The notes beneath the pieces are model-generated. The model saw only the letters and a list, made by a program, of their open reading frames with translations, did no database searches and was not told the DNA's origin. A stretch of DNA of 58,711 nucleotides, counting the filler, from Sphacelaria rigidula (lineage: Eukaryota), in NCBI GenBank assembly GCA_964200075.2. It is 7 parts of 7 records of this genome, joined end to end, with 100 filler letters (N's around TTAATTAATTAA, not from the genome) between each part and the next. Parts side by side here need not be neighbours in the genome. Positions count along the whole stretch, not along the records: positions 50,411 to 58,711 come from CAXNAA020011602.1; 6 more parts are not named here. The stretch is one strand, 5' to 3'. This document shows positions 51,905 through 58,711 of the stretch, in pieces (the stretch's first letter is position 1; each line of letters starts with the position of its first letter). The position numbers were made by a program, and so were the translations under genes.

Positions 51905-53160
51905 TCAAAATGGATCTGCCGAGATTCAAGCTCAAGTCAACACATTCACGGTTAGGACAAATAATGATTCGTCAGGAAATCACTTGGTTTTAGTATCATA
52001 AGTTGACTCGTGATGAATGNNNNNNNNNNTCGGGCAATCAGGCAGAAGAAATCGTGAATTTGGTGATTTTGAGTCGTGATGATTTGTCCTAACCGTGAAC
52101 ACATTACACCATCAACGAGAAGCACAAAACATGGTCTGGCTGGATTTTTTTACCGTGCTCGGTGTTAACTTGTGCAAACCTTGACCGTGCGTGTTCACTG
52201 CTCACAAGGCCCGTTCCCTCACGCAAATCCTCGCTCTATTTCATTGGTAATGAGGGGATGCACGGTGGGAGTGCCGCGTTGTGATCAAACAGATTTGGAA
52301 CAAAAGTTGGGGGCGCGGGGGACGGAGCTCATGTCTCGAGTGTGCAGGACTCAAGAACTACAACGAATAGAGTTTGCCTTCGGATCGAGACTTTTCCCGG
52401 ATGTTGATCGTCACCGTCTTTTGTCCTCGTGTTTCATCGCCGTCGATACGCACTGGTATAGTCAGGGCACATCGAAATGATGAAGCGAGCCTTCAGCGAG
52501 GGCACGGGCAGTAACGCGCAACGAACGTGCGCATTGGACCCCTGGCATTAGGAATTTCCCGCTTCTTCCGCGTGGACGCGCGGGCAGCATTTCAGTGCGT
52601 ATCTGCTCAGCCAAATTCATCAGACTTTGAATAACCTCAAGCACACAGTGTCCCCGCTGGCGTAAACCATCTACAATGTTTTTGTCATGCGGTAGATATA
52701 CGATATCACCCGACGGGAAACATAATGGATCTGCCAAGGTTCAAGCTCACCTCAGCACATTACACCACCCAACGAGAGACACAAAACGTGTTCTGCCCGG
52801 ATTTTTTCCCTATACTCAGTGTTGTGTTGTGAAAACCATCACCGTGCGTGTCCTCGGCTCACAGGGCCCGTCCCCTCACGCGGACACCCGATCAATTTCA
52901 TCGGTAATGAAGGCATACATAGTGTGAGTGCCGCGTTATAATCAAATAGACTTGAACTAAAATTGGGGGCGCCGGGGAAGGAGTTCATGTCTCAAGTGCA
53001 GGACTCAAGAACTCCAAGTGACAGAGTTTGCCCTCGGATCAAGAGTTTCTACGGACGTTCATCGTCAGCGTGTTTTGCCCACATGTTTCGTTGCCGTCGT
53101 AACCCATCGATATGGTCAGCGCACATCAAAATAATGAAGCGGTTGTCCGACTGGTGGCGA
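51905..53160. repeat. Old diverged tandem duplication, period ~656 bp after removing the MITE
   Basis: ATGGATCTGCC..TTCAAGCTCA at 51910 and 52725. Colinear blocks accgtgcgtgt..gctcaca.ggcccgt.ccctcacgc, gagtgccgcgtt and gtgcaggactcaagaact occur in both copies. Confidence 0.8.
51947..52097. mobile_element. MITE with 16-bp TIR and 8-bp TSD (contains a 10-N gap)
   Basis: CACGGTTAGGACAAAT / ATTTGTCCTAACCGTG. Perfect TSD AACACATT. Confidence 0.88.
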
Positions 53161-53174
53161 ACGCAAGTGTTCAC

Positions 53175-53660
53175 CGGGGTTTCAAAATGTTCGGAGGCTC
53201 GGTCTGCGGAAGCGCAGACCAGAGCCGAAGGCGATCTGCGGCCCTCCGCAGGAGCCCCCCGGGAGGGCCCCGCCGAGCGAAAAATTTGGCCCTTTCCTTA
53301 CAAAATACCCTCCAGAATCAGTTAAAGATGGGTATAGTATGTGGTAGAACCTATTCCAAGCGCCCTAACGCACAAAAATAGTACATTGAGAAAACAGTGT
53401 GAGCAAGGCACGGGATATTGTGTGTATATGGACGCAACATTCTTCGGATGCTGAACAAAAACAGACCACCCAGAAACAATTGTCGCCTCCGGCGACAAGG
53501 AATAAGCCGCAGATTTTTTTTCGCCTCCGCCGAAATGCCTGCGGCGCACAAAATAAAAATGCGGTAAGCCGCAGATAAGCCCGTCGGGACGCTGCGCAGC
53601 GCATAGATTTTCCTAAATATCTACGGTGCCGCAGCGCCGCAGGCACTTTTTGAAACCCTG
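53175..53660. mobile_element. hAT-like MITE
   Basis: TIRs CGGGGTTTCAAAA / TTTTGAAACCCTG. Imperfect 8-bp TSD GTGTTCAC/GTTTACAC. Confidence 0.7.
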
Positions 53661-56600
53661 GTTTACACCCACACAAAATGTAGCACGAATCCGCGCACTG
53701 AACCCCTAGTATTGGCGTTCGCCCGAAAACCCGCCCGTATCCGTCATCATCCATGAAAATACGGACTTGTTCGTTGAAAACTGTTTGAGAAAATAACCAT
53801 ACAAACAGCAGGCGCAACTCTGCAACGCCCGCATTGACTGAGGCCTTTCATGCCTGACTCTCTTGGACCGACCTTGGAAAGTGTCGTCTTCCCTTCCCTT
53901 AGCTTGAGCACTATTTTATCGACACGGGAAAGTTTGCTCATGTACTTCACCAGCCGCGATATCTCAAAACTACGGGAGATGCGTTCAAGTATGGGAATGC
54001 GCAATGACCGAGAGTACTTATGCGGTAGTAGTTGTTCCATCATGAAAGTATTGTAGCAATAATGGACGCAGCTCGTTACAAATGGCCCCGCCTTTTGTTT
54101 CGGCGTTCAAGTACAGTCACATGCAGACTGGAGCCAAACCCCAAGCGATATTCCAATCGACTCGGTGGTCATGCACAAACACGCGTATGTGGATGTCAAC
54201 GCAGGGCGGAATGATGCACGGCGAACGGGGAAAACTCGCATCCTCCTTCATGACCCATGGCAAAAAGACTTCTGCACACCTATTGGCTAAAAAATAAAAA
54301 AATAAAAATGCACCACTACTACTGCTGTACGCCCTAGCGGCATCACCAATTTTCAACCGTACGGGTTTGATGGACCCGCACGACTATTACTTGGCTACCC
54401 TCAGATCCCTTGCGCCACTGTTGATCATCACACCAACTCGACTCAACCAAACGCGACCCAAAAACCTGAGCCTCGTCTTCACCCTGAGCCCAACGAAGTT
54501 CAGACAATGAACACACGGGCACGAGGGGTCTGCAATAGAGACTCTCACAGTTCCAAGGCAAGTGTTCTCGCGGGCGGCGGAGGTCAAGCACCGCTACGCG
54601 GCGCCATAAACCAAAGCACGTGCCAACCAAACTGACGGATCCGTACGGGTGGAATTAGTGACTTCTGTATCCACCCGTGTCCTTTCAGCTTTCACATACG
54701 CTCATGAACACCAACCTCCATGAAATGGCGGGACCGCCAAACGGTTGAAGGTAAAAGGGTGGGCTCCAGGATGTTCGGAGGAGTTATCGAACGAAAACAT
54801 CGTAGACGAGAGCTATTTCCGAGAAAGTGGTGTATGAGAGGAAAAGCTGCGAGGCTCATAACCTGAGAGGAAAAGCTGCACCTAGTCACACCCGAGGTGT
54901 AGTGGTGCTATTCATGCCCTCCTTGGGGCTCGTGGGAGGCTCAGCGCTTGAACAAGAAGCTGCGAACAAAATACTGAATTATTCATTATACACGCTCACA
55001 TATAAGTGTCTCACTACAGATAGTTCTATGTAACTGTGAGAAATAAAAATTATGTGTCCATACGAAAACCATAACTAACGCTTGATAGTCTCGCATCAAT
55101 GCACGTACACTTCAACAGTGTACGCAGGACTCGGGCGGTGTCCAGGCGCGTACAAATCGCGCCAAGCTCGGTAGAGTTCGCAACTTCTTCGGGGGGACAT
55201 ATGGATAGTACTGTACCACCACAAACGAAACCCAGTGAGCACGGATCGATTCAAACCTGTCGGGCTCCCTCCCGTGGGTGGTAATGTTAGATTACTAGTC
55301 TTAACGTCGTTTTTTTTTTCAACTTTTGGGTGACGATGAACCAATCACGTCAGCAAAGGGTGGAGCGACCGAGCGGCCAGCGACCTAAAACGAGCAGTGT
55401 TCTGCGTTTATTCTAGAACAGCATGCCGAGGCGACTGCACTGCAATACCTTCCCTCGCCATACTTTAACCACGTAACTATAACGAGGCTAACATGACAAG
55501 GGTGTATGTACTATTATTATACAGTGTTCAGATGATCTGGGTCCTACCGGTGTGTAAAATAGAGCTCTACTTGATTATGGTTCGAAAACAAAATGTCTTT
55601 TTCTTGTGCGATCGTTCATTATCTGGTTTTAGAGTAGGGGCAGGTCACGAAAGAAGCTGCGCCTGTACACACCTCTCTGTTGGCTAAAAACAACGCCAAC
55701 CCGTCCGATGTACGAACACCAACAAGCACCTGGAAAAAATCAAGGGAACCTCCAGTACAAGGCGGCTACAACGCACAGCAATAGCAGAGTCTGCACTCCT
55801 CCGCACCGGGCACGGCGGGCAGCAGCATGATCGGGGGCACAAGCCGCCAGCAGCTACCGTACACAAACTGGTGTTGACATGAAGTGGCTGAGGCACATCT
55901 CTCCACATTTGTATTGGCTGTGTTGGACTGTGTCCTAGCGTCGTTATTGATGGGAATTCTTGTTTAGACTTTTTCGACTTTTTCGCAAAAATTTCAGACT
56001 ACTCAAAAAAAATCTGAAGCAAAAACCCAACGCTGCTACTCGTAGACTTTCCGGGTAATACGTAGCCAATCTTAAATTCATATTTTGCTTGACCTGGTTG
56101 AGAAATCTGCCGTCACATTTGTCGGGGAGAAAGCTTTTTCCAGCCGTGAAAGTCGGAAAAGTCTGAAAAAAAAAAAAACGCGTTCATAACGACCCTTACT
56201 GTACTATACACCCGTTGTTGGCATGACTCACATAAGACACATCGTTGCTGCCATGACATCGAGCTGAGAGGACTGTCAGTGATAGGCTCAGACAGGATGA
56301 ACATATTACCATATCATGCGGTGCGGTGCGGTGCGGTACGGTGCTGCGCTTTACCTTAACGGGTCCAGATTATACATGCACACTGCTCTCTTTTCGGTGT
56401 ACCTGGGTTGCCTTCGACTATATGCGTCATTCACTATACTGCCGACCAGCCAGCCAGCAAAATTCGCTTTCGGTTGTGAGTGAGCCTGGGGCTTCGGGCG
56501 TGTCTTCGCACATCGTTTTTCGATCAAAAAATTGCGGCGGAAGAGAAATATTCCACACGTGGGACAGCTCACGATCTACCTGAAGTAAGTAATCCAAGAG

Positions 56601-57564
56601 GACTCTCAGACCCGTTGTCCAAGAACACCGTCCAGCGCTGTAGGTAGCACATGTGGGGAAAGGGGCCAAACGAGCTAGCTCATAACCTGGATCAGTACAC
56701 TTATAAGGGGTAATATGCAGGTAGATCATGAACTATCCGACGTGTGGAAAATTCCAATCTGATAGGCCGTCATCTCAACACGGTTAAATGACGAGATTAT
56801 AGTTGGAATCACGACCCTATCAAATATAGGATTTTTTCTTTCCCACAGTACATTTTCGATCGGAAAATACTGTGATGAGACACGCCCTCGGAGAGAGGTC
56901 CATGTGCGACAATCAACTATGTTAATCCATCGATGAATCAATCAATCAACAGCTATTATGAAACAGAAACAGCTTAACGGCGTGGCGCATTCGGTGGACG
57001 TGTAGGTGCTGAAGGGAAGCAGGGAGTCCAAGTGTGGTTAAGTGTTGCTTTGATTCTTTGTGTCTGAGTATATACACAAGAATTTTCCCCCCAACCCTCA
57101 CAGTAAACTGAGCAGGATGGGCACAGCTAGTCGAGACACAGAACCAATGCGCATGAAACCGGAGCTGTGACTTTATCCCCCCTCCAAACCCCTGCTGCCC
57201 AAGGGGAACTCATGGCGTCTAAAGGTGGGCAAGTGAGGGCCATCTAGATCGACTTTGTCCTGCGTTTCGAACATGTAGGCTTGCCACCGTTCCCCTGGTG
57301 GTTGATCTCAAGATTGTACAAGCGGAACGAATCACAGCGGAAAGCTGAAAGCTGCGAGTCCGAACCCTGGAAGATATGGTTCCAGGGTTTCGTTCTGAAC
57401 AGCGTCTGATATTCTGTCGTTGAAACATGGGGCCATGTGAAGGAAAGCCTACTCGACGAGAGTCGACACGGTGCGGGAGTGCCTATCCAATCCGCAATTC
57501 AAAAATGTGACGGGGGTATTGAGGAGTGGACGGGTTGATGTTTTGGGACTACTCACGCATCACA

Positions 57565-57617
57565 AGGAGGAGGAGGAGGAGGAGGAGGAGGAGGAGGAGG
57601 AGGGGGAGGAGGAGGAG
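57565..57617. repeat. (GAG)n microsatellite
   Basis: Directly visible. Confidence 0.95.
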
Positions 57618-57636
57618 TATTCACTACTCTCGTACC

Positions 57637-57992
57637 TAAGACTGTTTTGTGTGGCAAACAATCCGTATTTGTGCAAATATGAGGATTTGAGCCCGTCTAC
57701 AGCCGATTTTCTCCCGTGGATGGATTTTCGGACACCAGTCCGTTGGACAATGTTTTTCGCCTAGCTCTGAGGAAACCAGATCAACTCCCGATCTGAGCAG
57801 AAGGGTGATGAACCAAAAGTCAACATCCAGAGAATCGGAGAACCGAACTGGTTTCCTCAGAGCTATTATAGGCGAAAAACATTGCCCAAGGGACTGGGGT
57901 GCGAAAATCCATCCACGAGAGAAAACCTGCTGTAGACGGGCCGAAACCCTCATATTTGTACAAATATGGATTGGTTGTCATACAGAGGTCTA
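57637..57992. mobile_element. Foldback element with ~140-bp imperfect inverted arms and ~70-bp loop
   Basis: 57648-57779 (caatccgtatttgtgcaaatatgagg...agctctgaggaaaccag) is near reverse-complement to 57848-57985 (ctggtttcctcagagct...cctcatatttgtacaaatatggattg). Confidence 0.8.
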
Positions 57993-58711
57993 ACCCTACC
58001 CTTTTCGTGTAACGGGTTAGACGTACGACGGAAAATGAACAAACAAACAAAAAAAGAAGGGAACGCCTCGCAGTTGAGCCCTGGAATCTATTGGTCAAAA
58101 CAAGGGTCTGTCAAGAAAGATTTCTGGACACGTGGTACCCAAGATAAAAAAAAATCGAGTTTTTAGGGGGGGGCACCCAGCCTGCTGTCCCCTAGTTTAT
58201 TGCCGAGGTGTTGGAGGGTGCGGTCATCTACTGTGTACAGAGATCCTTGGCATTGATAACGATGAGATGGCGGACACGCGCCCCCCCCAAGCTCATCACT
58301 TACCATTATTACGTTTATGGGATCATGTTCTGTGTCGTGGGCCTCGAGTACTGTGGCGAAGCGTGCGATAAAGTTGATCATCCTTTTGGGACTGGGCCTC
58401 CAGAACTACAAACTAGGCTGGTTAGGAAAGTCGTGTCCTGCATATGCATGAAACAGTGAATTCATGTTGCTAAAAATCAACGTATGCATGTAACGGCAGG
58501 GCTAGATGAAGACCGAAAGTTTAATTCCATCTATTTTCAGGTGCAGGTACAAACTGTTTGTACTATAATTCGGGTGTTGTGAGAATCAGGCAATGTACAG
58601 ACGTATCAAGCAGTATGGATCGCCGTGGAGAGCTTTCAACAGGATGTGCCAACCGCCGCCCGCCACATGTGGCCTTGGATATGGTCCCCATCACCTTGCC
58701 ACACAGCCCTT

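Noticed and set aside
53747-54043. 98-aa minus-strand ORF
   Set aside because: No recognisable domain and no supporting exons.

Overview
Eukaryotic, repeat-rich, intron-containing DNA. The TE families, CCCTAA-type motifs and gene style suggest a brown alga or other stramenopile, but that is inference. The window is not one locus. It is seven contigs of 8302, 8302, 8302, 8302, 8301, 8301 and 8301 bp joined by 100-nt N spacers containing TTAATTAATTAA, so nothing can be linked across the gaps. Contig 1 (1-8302) appears to be a single minus-strand reading frame, missed by the ORF track. It encodes at least 2767 aa of a giant Gly/Ser/Thr/Ala/Val-rich repeat protein with 14-15-aa rungs, 254/284/313-aa units and an 822-aa higher-order repeat. 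Contig 2 carries a spliced HSPA12-like atypical Hsp70 (5 exons, 5' end not found), a TG..CA/5-bp-TSD MITE family with a telomere-like core, and a tandem MITE+hairpin array. Contig 3 has a tRNA-derived head, an isolated TPR exon, a decayed RTE-like LINE and another LINE 3' end. Contig 4 has a decayed Gln-rich/CCCH-like ORF cluster, an 8-bp-TSD MITE and a Copia 3' end with LTR. Contig 5 is a decayed Gypsy element whose integrase ends in a chromodomain-like plus a Tudor/PWWP-like module, with a gag-only LTR element nested in it. Contig 6 holds a GDT1/UPF0016 pseudogene. Contig 7 is mostly MITEs, a tandem duplication and a foldback. The best candidates for follow-up are the giant repeat protein, the possible dual-reader integrase, the telomere-core MITE and apparent poly-C-associated retroposition.
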